A stretch of DNA of 63,713 nucleotides, the filler included, from Thraustochytrium aureum (taxonomy: Eukaryota): assembly GCA_012862495.1 (NCBI GenBank). It is 10 parts of 6 records of this genome, joined end to end, with 100 filler letters (N's around TTAATTAATTAA, not from the genome) between each part and the next. Parts side by side here need not be neighbours in the genome. Positions count along the whole stretch, not along the records: positions 33,597 to 46,167 come from BLSG01000113.1; positions 46,268 to 47,784 come from BLSG01000113.1; 8 more parts are not named here. One strand, given 5' to 3'. The notes under the pieces were generated by a model. The model searched no databases and was not told the DNA's origin. It was given only the letters and a program-made list of their open reading frames with translations. A program made the position numbers and the translations under genes. Of the stretch, positions 35,987 to 47,657 are shown piece after piece. Position 1 is the stretch's first letter, and every line of letters begins with the position of its first letter.

Positions 35987-37442
35987 ATGGCGGCCTCGTC
36001 AAACCGAAGAAAGCGCACCGCTCGCGACGACGACGGCGCAGCGGCGGCAGAGCAAAGCGGACTCGAGCAGAGGCCGCCGGAAGACAGCAGGCTGAGGAGG
36101 AGGAGGAGGAGGAGTGCAGCCAGGTGGGCGAGCTGATTGGAAGGGATACGGAAGTTGAGTCGATCAGGACGTTTGTGAACGGCTGCCTCGAAAGCGGCAC
36201 GGGCAGCAGTCTCTATGTCTGCGGCAGCACGGGGACCGGCAAGACAGCGAGCGTGATGCTCGTTGCGAGCGAAATAACGCGCGGCGCCGGCCGCGGAGGA
36301 AAGCGCAAAGCGAGGTGGGCCATGCTCAACGGCAACACCTTCAGTGCTGCCGGCCGTGTGTTTGTCGCGCTCGCAGAGGCGTTCGGAGCGCCGCGCGTGA
36401 CAGACGCCGAGTCGGCGCGCAAGGCGCTCGACCGCATGCTCGTAGGCAAGCTGACAAAGCAAAACACGGTGCCCAAATCTGCCCCACTGTTCCTGGCCGT
36501 GGTGGACGAAATCGACCAGCTACTCCGCGGCGCCTGCCGCGAGGAGGTCTTGTACCAGCTGTTCGAGTGGGCGAACAGAAAAACAGCAGGTTTTGTCTGG
36601 TTGGGATCGCCAACGCAGTCGACTTGCACGAACGGTTCCTGCCCAACCTCGAGCAGCTCGGCTACGCTCCGCAGGTCCTGGTGTACTCGGCGTACAACAA
36701 GGACCAGCTCGCGGCGATACTCGACCACAAGGTGACCCGTGACGCCGCCGAGCTTGGCGTCGTGGTCGACCCCGTCGCGCTCGAGCTTTGCGCGCGAAAG
36801 ATCGCCGCCAAGTCGGGCGACCTGCGCAAGGGCCTCGAGATCTGCAAGCAGGCGCTGCTCCAAGCGCGCGCCAAAGCCGAAGAAGAAGCCCCTGCAAGCG
36901 CCGTCGAAACCAGCGTCAAGGTCACCGTGGCGCACATGTCTGCCGTCATGAACGCGGTGCTTGGTTCGTCGCACGTACGGACAATCCAGTCCCTGCCAAA
37001 CCAGGTCCAGTTCGCGCTGATCGCCCTCGCTCGCATCGACCGGCGTCTTCGGAAAGGCGCGACAAAGGGATCTGCCAGGGGCGGCGAAAGCGTCTCTGCG
37101 GTCTCCGAGCGGGCGGCAAGCTCGGTTCGGGTGGTGAGGCTTACGGCCGACAAAGCGTTCGAATGCTATCGTGACATGATGCGAGAATGGGGCCTCCCAA
37201 GCGTCGCCCAGGGTGACTTTGCGAGCTCGCTCCTTGAGCAGCTCGCACAGGTAGGTCTCGTGTCCCTCTCGCAGACGGGACTCGGCCACCGAACGCCTGC
37301 GCCAAAGAACACCGTGATTAAGCTCTGCGTTGCCGCCGAGGACGTCAAGTTCGCGCTTGAGAACAGTACCGCGATGCGACAGCTTTTGTCCGGAAAATCC
37401 AATCGCCGAACGGGGCAAACCAACATGTACAGGGCTGCGTGA
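35987..37442 (+). CDS. CDC6: Cell division control protein 6 (AAA+ replication licensing factor); frameshifted, start uncertain
   Basis: LIGRDTEVESI, SLYVCGSTGTGKT (Walker A), VVDEIDQL (Walker B), VLYQLFEW, LVGIANAVDLHERFLP, YNKDQL and CARKIAAKSGDLRKGLEICK. One base is missing in the A-run at ~36579-36583. Confidence 0.9.
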
Positions 37443-37561
37443 ACGCCGGGCTTTGGCTGTGTTGTGCCGCGCTCTCCGCTCATGTCAGTCGGGTGGCTGG
37501 AATGGCAGTACTTACATAGGCTCTTGCAAATTACGTTATTTCTTGTCGATCAGGGAAACAA

Positions 37562-37716
37562 GCAGCGCTCAGACAGACGAGCCAGCCAGCCAGGGATCCA
37601 GCCAGGGATCCAGCGAGCGAGCCAGCCAGCGATCCAGCCAGCCAGCCAGCGCTCAGACAGACGAGCCCGCCAGCCAGTGATCCAGCCAGCGAGCCAGCGA
37701 GCCAGCGAGCCAGCCC

Positions 37717-37765
<49 letters not shown>
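37562..37765 (+). repeat. Degenerate (CCAG)n microsatellite with duplicated CAGCGCTCAGACAGACGAGCC unit
   Basis: Runs of CCAG/CGAG between the convergent CDC6 and PCID2 genes; a similar tract lies at 34478-34541. Confidence 0.85.
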
Positions 37766-37908
37766 GGCTCAAGCATCGCCGCGACGCAGTCAGGTCAGGA
37801 AGAAGCAAAAAAAAGAAAAGGCAAATTCGAATTCCAGAGGCTTGCCCAGTCCAATCGCCTGCACAGAGCGGGCGGCGCCATGCCGACCCCAGGTTGGCAC
37901 AGGAGAGA

Positions 37909-39252
37909 CTACTCTGTCGCTGAAGACAGCGGCGGAAACGGGTCCTTCGGGCTCAGAACAAGCATCTCTTTCTCGTGAGAAATGTACGCCTTGATGTACC
38001 TGTGGTGAATGAGATTCGCCAGGATGCACTTGATCTGTTCGAGGACATCTTCGCGCGAACTCGGGCGCTCTCCGGCTTCCTTGCTGTCCTCGAGAAAGGC
38101 CAGCGGGTCCTCCTCGCCGAATATATCAAACGGAGTCACAAACACGTCCAGCGGGACGCGGTCTTTGCGCTCTGCGGCTGACGCTTTGTACACGTGAACC
38201 ACGTTCCGAAACAGGTTGCGGTACGCGACGGTCTTCAAGCTGTCAAGCGACAGGTACAACCCACGGGAAATGTACTTGTCACGGTGCCTTTCGATTGTCT
38301 TGGCCAGGGCGCGCACGTTGCCCTGGCGAACGGCGTCGACGAGCTCCTGAAGGTATTCAATGCCGTTCTTCGCTAGCACTCCTGGGGCAGGACGGCGGCC
38401 TATGAAGAGGTTGATTGGCACGAGGAACTCGAAGATGCGCCGCACATTGGCCGGGCGGCTCGCAGGGCAGTTTCGCAGGGCAAACTCAAAGGCCTCGCGC
38501 GCTTCGGGCAGCCGGTTCTCGAAAACCAAGAGGCGGCCGAGGTAAAAGTGGTACGTGACGCGCTGCGCGAGCGGGAACGTCTCCATGTCCGGGAAAGTGG
38601 GCATCTCTACCTGCCGGATCAGGTTGCGGCACAGTTGCAGGCTCTTGAGCCCAAAGTACACCTTGAACTGGTCGTTCACGATGTACAGGGCGCCTGCCCT
38701 CTTGCGGTGCGCGTCTTCGGTCGTGGCGCGACCCATCGTAGAGTATCTAAAGCAGTTCTCTAGCAGCTGCTTCGTTTCGCGCAGGTTTTCGTTGTTGCGG
38801 TTCCCGACGTCTCTGTCGGTCTTGACGGCCAGAATGCGCGTGTCGCGGATCAAGACCCGCATCGTCGGCAGCATCCAGCTCCCGTCGGCCTTGTAGATCT
38901 CCAAAAACTTGTCAAACGCCTCGAGTTGAAACTTGAACGCCTGCCGCAGCGCCTCCACCCTGGCTTGCTCCCCCACCTCGCCCAGCTGCGCTTTGCCGAG
39001 CAGTGCGACCACGGTCATGTGCGCAGCGCACAGTCCGCAAAAGCTCGCCGACAGCCCGATGGCCGCGCCCTTCGCCGCAACACTATCGTAGAGCTCCTGC
39101 GGCCCGCGCTCCTTCCCCATCGCCTTGACGGCCTCGCGCACCGTGGCCCAGCCGCCTGCGAGCGCGTCCGCGTCGAGTCTCAACAGATCCGCCACGCCGG
39201 CGGCATCGAGCCGGCCCACGCGCTCCGACAGCTGCTCCACGAACCTGTTCAT
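37909..39252 (-). CDS. PCID2: PCI domain-containing protein 2 (PCID2/CSN12/Thp1, TREX-2 subunit)
   Basis: KRAGALYIVNDQFKVYFGLKSLQLCRNL, FPLAQRVTYHFYLGR, NVRRIFEFLVPINL, AVRQGN and CILANLIHHRYIKAYISHEKEMLVLSPKDPFP. Confidence 0.92.
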   Translation of the reverse strand: MNRFVEQLSERVGRLDAAGVADLLRLDADALAGGWATVREAVKAMGKERGPQELYDSVAAKGAAIGLSASFCGLCAAHMTVVALLGKAQLGEVGEQARVEALRQAFKFQLEAFDKFLEIYKADGSWMLPTMRVLIRDTRILAVKTDRDVGNRNNENLRETKQLLENCFRYSTMGRATTEDAHRKRAGALYIVNDQFKVYFGLKSLQLCRNLIRQVEMPTFPDMETFPLAQRVTYHFYLGRLLVFENRLPEAREAFEFALRNCPASRPANVRRIFEFLVPINLFIGRRPAPGVLAKNGIEYLQELVDAVRQGNVRALAKTIERHRDKYISRGLYLSLDSLKTVAYRNLFRNVVHVYKASAAERKDRVPLDVFVTPFDIFGEEDPLAFLEDSKEAGERPSSREDVLEQIKCILANLIHHRYIKAYISHEKEMLVLSPKDPFPPLSSATE

Positions 39253-39372
39253 CGCGCGCAAGCACGGCGCCGTCGCGGGCCGCGCGCCTCCTCCGCCGCC
39301 TGGCCGGCCTCCTCCGACTCTGCCGCGACCGCGTCCTGCCTGCCGCTGTCCGAGTATCCCTGGCGCACCCTT

Positions 39373-39693
39373 CAACGACGGAAAGAGCCTGCAACGACGG
39401 AACACCAACACCTTCACTAACGACGGAAACAAACAGCAACAACGGAGCCGCATTAACCCCGAGGACGGAAACGGCCATGAATAACGGAACACGGGCCGTT
39501 AAACATCGACAACGTAAATACGCATCAACAAGGGAAAGAACCAGCAATAACGGAAAAAGACACGCGCAGAAGACGGAACAAACCATCAACAACGGGTGCA
39601 GAACTGACGTCGAAAGAACGGAAACTACCGTCATCCACGGCAGCAGCGCCGCCTCCAACAATGAGAACAAGCGTCAATCACGGAACAGCAGAT
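39373..39693 (+). repeat. Degenerate A-rich array of 15 units with core (C)AAC(A/G)ACGGAA
   Basis: Unit starts at 39373, 39392, 39418, 39437, 39460, 39479, 39507, 39526, 39545, 39568, 39587, 39613, 39632, 39656 and 39675. Confidence 0.8.
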
Positions 39694-39714
39694 CAACTCT
39701 TGGGCTCTTGAGCC

Positions 39715-39748
39715 CTATAACCTATCCTTGACTATAACCTATCCTTGA
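39715..39748 (+). repeat. Perfect 17-bp tandem duplication CTATAACCTATCCTTGA x2
   Basis: Read directly from the sequence; preceded by the palindrome GGGCTC-TT-GAGCCC (39702-39715). Confidence 0.9.
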
Positions 39749-40844
39749 TCGAGCAATAATTATTCAGTGAAACCCCGAGAGAGAGAGCTCACCAGCACCG
39801 TGCGCCGCTCCCCATCAGAGCAGAACAGACCCGGCAGACTGGCACCCAGAAGAAAGAGAGTACCAGGTCCACTCAAGTACTTCTGTGAGTAGGTAGCCCG
39901 ACTCGGAGGCCTCGCGTATGGTACTTGGTCGTGCAGAGGCCGTTTGGCCGTCTCTTTCGCGCTTTTGTTGTGCAGCAGGAAACGAAGTCGACGTCCATCA
40001 CGTCGGTTGANNNNNNNNNNNNNNNNNNNNNNNNNNNNNNNNNNNNNNNNNNNNNNNNNNNNNNNNNNNNNNNNNNNNNNNNNNNNNNNNNNNNNNNNNN
40101 NNNNNNNNNNNNNNNNNNNNNNNNNNNNNNNNNNNNNNNNNNNNNNNNNNNNNNNNNNNNNNNNNNNNNNNNNNNNNNNNNNNNNNNNNNNNNNNNNNNN
40201 NNNNNNNNNNNNNNNNNNNNNNNNNNNNNNNNNNNNNNNNNNNNNNNNNNNNNNNNNNNNNNNNNNNNNNNNNNNNNNNNNNNNNNNNNNNNNNNNNNNN
40301 NNNNNNNNNNNNNNNNNNNNNNNNNNNNNNNNNNNNNNNNNNNNNNNNNNNNNNNNNNNNNNNNNNNNNNNNNNNNNNNNNNNNNNNNNNNNNNNNNNNN
40401 NNNNNNNNNNNNNNNNNNNNNNNNNNNNNNNNNNNNNNNNNNNNNNNNNNNNNNNNNNNNNNNNNNNNNNNNNNNNNNNNNNNNNNNNNNNNNNNNNNNN
40501 NNNNNNNNNNNNNNNNNNNNNNNNNNNNNNNNNNNNNNNNNNNNNNNNNNNNNNNNNNNNNNNNNNNNNNNNNNNNNNNNNNNNNNNNNNNNNNNNNNNN
40601 NNNNNNNNNNNNNNNNNNNNNNNNNNNNNNNNNNNNNNNNNNNNNNNNNNNNNNNNNNNNNNNNNNNNNNNNNNNNNNNNNNNNNNNNNNNNNNNNNNNN
40701 NNNNNNNNNNNNNNNNNNNNNNNNNNNNNNNNNNNNNNNNNNNNNNNNNNNNNNNNNNNNNNNNNNNNNNNNNNNNNNNNNNNNNNNNNNNNNNNNNNNN
40801 NNNNNNNNNNNNNNNNNNNNNNNNNNNNNNNNNNNNNNNNNNNN

Positions 40845-43800
40845 TGTGCGCGTCACGGCGCAGCGCGTCCTCATAAAGAAGAAAAACCGGCTAGGAAAGG
40901 CCGAGGCCGCCGGCGCTCGGCGGCTCGGACGGGAGCGCTACCGCAGCCGAGTGGCCCAAGGGCCTCGATGTGAGCGACGCGGCCCACTTGTACCTCCCAA
41001 GGGCGCTCTGCTCGTACTACGCGCTGCACGAGCTCAACCGTCTGGACAGCAACCGCGACTGGGTAAGCGAGCTGCGCCAGGTCTCCGTGCTGTTCATCCA
41101 CCTCGGCTTTGCGCCAGGCGACTTTGCCGAGCTGAGCGTTGACGACGCGGATGGCGTCGTGGAGAAGCTAAACGAGGCGGTGTGCCAGGTTCAGCGAGCC
41201 GTGTACGACTACGAGGGCTCGATCAACAAGTTGAGCGTTGACGACAAGGGCATAACAGCGCTTGCTGTGTTTGGACTGGCGCCGCATGCGCATGAAAACG
41301 ACGCCACGCGCGCCGTCCTGGCTTCCCTGCGCGTCGTCAGCATGCTCGAGACCGAGCTGGGTCTCGAGCCGAGCATTGGAATCACAAGCGATGTCTGCTT
41401 CTGCGGGATAGTCGGTCACTGCGGCGGCCGGAAGGAGTTTACAGTGATCGGCGACTCGGTCAACCTCGCCGCGCGCCTCATGCAGAGCGCAAAGACCAAC
41501 AAGTGCGTCCGAGTCCTTACGGACGAGTTTACGCGAAACCTCGTGCGGGGCGAGGTAGAATTTGCTCGCAAAGAGCGCGAGATCAAGGTCAAAGGCAAGC
41601 TGGCGCGCATCCGCGTGTTCAGTCCCTCGCACGAGGGCCGCGCTAGCGTTGAGGCTCGCTTCTCCGTCGCAGTCAGCCGAGAATCGACCGACTCGCCCAA
41701 GACGGACTGGCAGCGCGAGTGGAAAGACCAGGTGGAGCGGTACGGGGCGCGCATGGCTCGGGACGTGCGGCAAATGCGCCTCAAGCTTATCCACGCCGGG
41801 GCCGTCGAGCCCGACTCGTGTCAAAGCCTCGCAACGCGGATCCCGGCCCGCGACCCCTGCGCCCACAAGGCAGTCACGGTTGTGACAGCCGATATCGGAG
41901 CGGGCAAGACGTACCTCTTGGGCCACATCTGGCGCGTCCAGACGCAAAAGGCAGAGGCCGTTGTGCTGGCTGCAACGGGCAACCCGTTTCAGAAGGGGGC
42001 TCTGGAGCGCACGTTCGGTGTGTGGGTCGACTGATCGAGCAAGGCCTGGAGGGGCTCGGGTCCCTGGGTAGAGGCGCAGGCCCTGGCAGGTCTTCCACCC
42101 GCAGGCGAAACGCGCGCGCCTCAGACTTGCTGGAGCTTTTGCGCTTAGCGGACAGCAAGCGCGTCGACCAGGTCGAGTTGCTTGACGGCCTGTTCCCGGG
42201 CGCGACGTTTGGGAGGACCAGTGGCTCGGAGAGATGCAACAAGGTGGAAGGGGACGAGGACTGGGTGCGGGCAGAGCTCATCGTCGACCTCCTTCGCGGC
42301 ATCGTGGCGGCGAGCCCGACAAAGCCCTCTTACGTGTTGTGCTTGATCGACGACGCGGTGTACATGGATCGCGAGTCGCTCACGGTCGTCGAGCTCCTGG
42401 CAACGAGCAACCCGTGGTTTGTGTCCGTCGTCCTAGCCACCAAGCCGCTGCAAGACGCGGCAGGGCCCGCGGGGGAGGTGATCACCGCGCTGGGCTCCAG
42501 TGTTGTCCACGAAACGCTTCGCCCTCTCTCGTTTGGACAGGTAGCCACCCTGGTGCGGTCTCTGCTGAACGTGCTGAGCGTGCCAGACGATCTCGTCGAG
42601 CTCGTCGCTCTGGCCTCGCTCGGCAACCCGCTGTTTGCGCAGGAGCTCGTCGCCGACATGCGGAAAAGCGACTTGATCAGCGTCGACTCGAGCGTCAAAG
42701 TCTGCTCGTGGACCCCCTCTGAGGCCCTGGTTTCCTTCCTCGACGCCGTCGACCAATCGCCCAACGGCTCCTCCGATGTGGCTACGCTCGGCAGCGGTGG
42801 ACCCCTCCCCACGCCGCCAGCCCGTGACGGCGAGTGCGCGCCGCAAGGGCTTGACACGGCGAGCTCAGCCAAGTCGGCAGCGTCAGTTGTCGCGGCTAGA
42901 CTGCTGCATAGCCGGACCGGCAACCCACGCGCGAGCGAGCGGCTGGAGCAACTAATCTCGGAGCGCTTTGAGCGGTTTCGGCGCCACGAGGCCTTCTTCG
43001 GGTCGGGGAGCCGCCGCGAGTACCAGAGCTCGTGCTTGATGGTCGTTCTCCGCATCGAGCCGCCTGTCTCGCTCCGGTGCGTTCTCGGAGCTTGGTTGAA
43101 CGGGCTTTCGCTGAGGCAGCAGCTCGTGCTCAAGGTCGCGAGCCTTGCGGTGACCTTGGGGGGCGAGCACCCTGCGCCGACGTTCCACAAGACCACGGTA
43201 CTGGGCGCAGCGCTGCTGATTGACCCGGAAAGCACGATCAACTTGCTGAACGCTGATCTTGGCGCTCTTGTGGCGCGCGGCTTTGTTCGGCCCGACAACG
43301 ACGACGGCGACCCTGCTAACGCCGCCGCCTTTGCAATCAGCTTCCGGTTCGTGCACCCGCTGTTGCCGCACGTGCTGCGTCTGCGCACTTTGTCGGCGCA
43401 GCGGAACGAGATCTCGCGGCGCCTTGGCGACGCGCGCGAAACGCACGAGGAGCACGTCAGGCTCGCGTTTCTGCGCAAAGCGCGGGGCAAGCTCAATTCT
43501 GCAGTGCCACTCAAGCAAGGCTTTGTTCTGGTCCACAAGAACACCATAGGGTCGCCCGCGGGCAGCGCCACCGGGTCGTGGTCTTCGTCGTCGTCCGCTG
43601 CGTCTGGCACGTCGACGTCAACTGCCGCTGGCCGGCTGCTGAAACGGCGTCACTCGCTCGGAAGCGTTTGGAAGCGCCGGTACGCCTGCCTCTTCGAGGA
43701 CCGCATTGACTACTTCATGGATGAGTCGCGCACGCGCAAGACCGCTGCAACCTTTCTCCTCGGTGCCGCTGTGCGCTGCGAAGACCGTCCTGTTGACCAG

Positions 43801-44603
43801 CGTGAGTTCGTGCTGCGGATCGACGCCGAGACCTGGGCGAAGCGGTCAGTGCTCCAGGGCAGTCGCATGTTCCTCCTCAGCCCAGTCGAGCAAACAGCAG
43901 ACGACCTAGACGACTGGCTCTACAAGATTCGCTTCGCGGTGCAGAGCGCAAACGACACCGTCGCTGCCTTGGTGCCCGAACCCGAGCCTGTGAGTACCGT
44001 GAGCGCCGTGAGCGCCACGTCGCCCTCATCATCCAAGCGGCGTCATGGCAGGGCTTCGCCCCGCCGCCACAGCAGCATTGTAGTCAGTGCTGGGCTGCCG
44101 TGGCTGGACTTGAGCGAAGATGCTTGCCTCGGCGAGGATGAGGAATACGAGAGCGACGAGGATCCCGACGCGCTCCGGCGCAGTGCTTTACTGCTCGTTC
44201 CGCCGCCACCTCCGCCGCCGCCGCCTCCTCCTCCTCTGCCACCGCTACCGCCCCTCCAGGACTTTGCCTGCCAGGATTCGACCCAGAGCCGCTGTCATTG
44301 CCGCCGCCCCCGCCGCCCCCACCTGCATCGCATCGCGCTGCGCTGAGACGATGCGAACCGGGCAACTCTCTGGATGCGCGACGGCCGCAGATCAAGGGGC
44401 CGCCAACTCCACCACTGCCGCCTCCGGAGCTTCCCACGAGGCCGAATCGTGCGGACCAGGCACATAGGGCTCAGCGACAAGCTGGCAGCAAGCCCGCCCC
44501 CACCCCCGCCCTCCCTCCGGCGACCATCCGGAGGAGCTGGAGCAAGTGGAGCTCCTGGGCTTCCAGCTCGGCCACCGACGCAAGCGGTCAGCTGACTGAA
44601 TGA
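40845..44603 (+). CDS. Soluble adenylyl cyclase (ADCY10-like) class III cyclase, STAND-type P-loop NTPase, PH domain and Pro-rich tail (5' in gap; frameshifts ~42031 and probably ~44290)
   Basis: SELRQVSVLFI, GSINKLSVDDKG, FGL.PHAHENDATRAV, SIGITS..CFCGIVG..RKEFTVIGDSVNLAARLM; Walker A GAGKT, Walker B CLIDDAVYMD, GNPLF; PH KQGFVLVHK..WKRRYACL..DDWLYKIRFAV. The stop is at 44346, or 44603 if the polyPro frame continues. Confidence 0.85.
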
Positions 44604-44837
44604 ATCCCTTGTTTGATTGATTGATCAAAACATCAAGATTGGCGCCTTGCCAGGGCCTGCCGAACGAGCGTCAGGCCCCTCGGCGATGTTTGCCCCAAGT
44701 GTAGAGTAGTTTGTACAGCAGCGAGACAGTGTTTTCTGCTTTCAATCGTGCTTGCAGTAGTTGGCAAGCCTCTTGCTGCTGCTGCTGCTGCTGCTGTTCG
44801 TCTAGCAGCCCGCCGGTCGTCTAGCAGCGCTGCACGG

Positions 44838-45872
44838 TCACCGCCGGGTACCAAGGCGATTGCTCGGGCTGATGCGAAAGTTGGACGTTCGTGACAGAAC
44901 TGGCCCAGGGCGTGTGCCTCGCCTCGCCTTCGCCTTGTCCTTTGATGGGCTCTTGGCGTCCGCGAGCGTCGCAAATTCGTTGCCCTTGAGCCGCTGAAGC
45001 GCCACAAGGACTGTTCGGCCTTCAATCTGCTCCTCCGTATCGATAGGCGCGCAGTTGGCGTCGAGTAAGAGCTGCCTTCGTCGGGCCGCCATGAGAAGCG
45101 GGAACGAGAGCTCTTTGTCCCCGTGCTTGCCGCTCCACATGTTGTGGAACAGGTTGGCCATCTTGGCTCGCGCATAGTCTCGCTCCACCGCAGTGACGGC
45201 CCGTTGCGCCCCTGGCGCCGCAGCGGTAGGCCTGTGCGCGGCTGCGAGGTCTTCTCGCGTTCGATATTGGAGCACGTTGAGAAAGTCGTCGAACGAGAGC
45301 TCGCGCTTTCCGCCAGTCGTGACCATGTCCAACAGCTTTGTGACGTCCTCGCGGTTCTGCGCGAGACCAAGGGAGATTAGTGGCTCCAGAAGGTCGTCGG
45401 CGCCCACGCCCCCACTCCCGTTTGCGTCCAGGAAACCGAACCAGCGCTGCATATGTTTGAGGTGCCTGCGCTTCTCTTGGCGATTCTGCAACTTGCCGCG
45501 CTTGTGCATCCAGCCTCCCTCTATCCAGAGCTGCTCGCGGTCAACGGCGTCGACCTTGGGCTTTCCAACGACGACCTTTTGGTTTGCGTGGCCCGTCAGC
45601 AACTCGAGCCGCGCCTTGTCGATCCGGAGCCGCTTCCGCGCGTGCTTTGACAGTTTGCCGTGTAGCTCTGCTGCGTGCCGCTGCACGATGCGTACGCGCT
45701 CGTCTGTGCCAACTACGTTCTGACCTGCAACCCGCCAATCCTTCATGTGCGGCGAAGCGCCAGACTCCGCGCGCCTTCTCGCCCTTTCGCGTGCAGCCGC
45801 GTGCATGATGCCCGGCGGCGGAGGCGCGGCCCGAGGCGCGCTCGTCGCCTCGCACTCCTCCATCCCCCCCAT
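44838..45872 (-). CDS. EF-hand domain protein
   Basis: WFGFLDANGSGGVGADDLLEPLISLG...LLDMVTTGGKRELSFDDFL is an EF-hand pair with a degenerate second hand. Confidence 0.78.
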   Translation of the reverse strand: MGGMEECEATSAPRAAPPPPGIMHAAARERARRRAESGASPHMKDWRVAGQNVVGTDERVRIVQRHAAELHGKLSKHARKRLRIDKARLELLTGHANQKVVVGKPKVDAVDREQLWIEGGWMHKRGKLQNRQEKRRHLKHMQRWFGFLDANGSGGVGADDLLEPLISLGLAQNREDVTKLLDMVTTGGKRELSFDDFLNVLQYRTREDLAAAHRPTAAAPGAQRAVTAVERDYARAKMANLFHNMWSGKHGDKELSFPLLMAARRRQLLLDANCAPIDTEEQIEGRTVLVALQRLKGNEFATLADAKSPSKDKAKARRGTRPGPVLSRTSNFRISPSNRLGTRR

Positions 45873-46267
45873 CGCGCGCGTCAGCTCGCCCCGTGCAACT
45901 GCCCAGGATCAGGCCGAGCAGCGCGCGCGGACCCGCCTCAATTGCCGTCCAATCCGAAGCGGCTCTCCGTAACAGCGCGGCCCAGAAGTCGACTTTCACA
46001 CCGCTCAACAATCTTGAAATCAATCAATCAAAAGTCACGTGCCGGCACGTCCATACCACGGCGCTCGCTCTCCACGCAGCGCAAGCCAGGCCGATCGCGG
46101 CACAAGACCGACTGCACAGCGGCGCCGTCCCGGCCAAGGCACAAACCAAAGCAGAGAGCACGCACGGNNNNNNNNNNNNNNNNNNNNNNNNNNNNNNNNN
46201 NNNNNNNNNNNTTAATTAATTAANNNNNNNNNNNNNNNNNNNNNNNNNNNNNNNNNNNNNNNNNNNN

Positions 46268-47657
46268 TTGTGCTTGGCGAAGCGCCAGGTCAGGGCGCAG
46301 TCGAAGGCTGCGCGAAATTGGACGTGCGGGCGCTCGACGGCGAGGATGCCGAGGCCAGGTTGCCACCAGCGCCGAAACGGAGGACGTCGGTGAATGGGAA
46401 GAATGGCGTGCTGGGCAAGAAGGGCAAACGGCCGGCCAGCAGCGTGCTCAAGCGGGCTGAGCGTGCCGGGTCCGTGCCGTGCCCGGCTCCGCGGCCAACG
46501 CGGAGTATGTATGTGATGTTTTACGCACGGCTGGCAGGCCTCATGCTCCTCTCGCTTCTGATTGTCGTGATTTTGCTGTCGGTACTGCCCATCCTCGCCT
46601 TCCACAGGAAAAAGTGGCGCCTGCTGATTGACAACATGCAAGCGCTCTGGGTAAATGCCTTCTTGTGGCTGATCCCGCAGACGCTGCTGCAGGTGCACGG
46701 CGACCTCCCGGACGCCTCGATGCGGCCCAAGGTCATCATCGCCAACCACGCCACCGAGGTGGACTGGCTCTTCCTCTGGATGCTCGCGCGCATGACCAAC
46801 ATGGGCCGCACCGACCGCTCTGGCAACGTCAAGATCATGCTCAAGGAATCTGTCAAGTTCATCCCCGTCGTGGGCTGGGGCTGCGCGCTGTTCGACTTTA
46901 TCTTCCTCGCGCGCAAGTGGGAGGTGGACAAGAAGCGCATCGAGGACCGCCTCGTGCAGTTCACAAAGGACGAGGCCCCGCTCTGGATTTTCCCTTTGTN
47001 NNNNNNNNNNNNNNNNNNNNNNNNNNNNNNNNNNNNNNNNNNNNNNNNNNNNNNNNNNNNNNNNNNNNNNNNAAGGAGGGCCGCCCGTTTCTCGAGCACA
47101 CTTTGCTGCCGCGCGTGCGGGGGCTCGACCACGTCCTCAGCGTCTTGTCCAAGCACTCGGCGCACGAGCCCGAGATCTTCGACATGACCATGGCCTTTGA
47201 GAGCTACTCGGGCGAGGTGCCCACCTGGGAGGACGGCTACAACCGGCACCGTGACCACATGATCCCCAACTTTGGCAAGATGATGTTTGGCACCGCAGCG
47301 CGCCACTGCTACGTCGACTCGAAACGGTTCTGCTACAAGCACTTGCGCGAGGAGTACCCCGACACGCTGCAGGAGTGGCTTGACCAGCGCTGGCTGCGCA
47401 AGGAGCGCCTCATGAAGGGCTTTGCTGACCTCGGCGCGTTCCCCGCCGAGGAGTGCGGCCCAGCCGTCACGATCCCCATCACGGGCTCCATCTGGCGCTC
47501 GCTCATGGCCGTCGCCTTCTACATCTCCATGTGGGCAGGTATGATTTTCACCTACGCCAAGTACTCGACGGAGGGCGAGGGTTTCTTTGCGCGCCTCTCC
47601 GCCGACGCCGACGATGCCTTCTTTGGATCGTCCGGCTCCTCGGGCGGGCTGCGCTAA
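46268..47657 (+). CDS. Lysophospholipid acyltransferase, LCLAT1/LPAT4-5-like (internal gap; start uncertain)
   Basis: IIANHATEVDW (NHx4D), KIMLKESVKFIPVVGWG, FIFLARKWEVDK, LWIFP, HTLLPRVRG and WLDQRWLRKERL. Confidence 0.9.

Noticed and set aside
27553..37442. Calling the frameshifted GST and CDC6 genes pseudogenes
   Set aside because: Motifs are intact on both sides of each indel with no other decay, so sequencing error is more parsimonious.
39373..39693. ACGG array as a CRISPR array or DGR template repeat
   Set aside because: The repeats are about 11 bp and degenerate and the spacers 8-17 bp. No cas or reverse transcriptase gene and no adenine-mutated partner region is visible.
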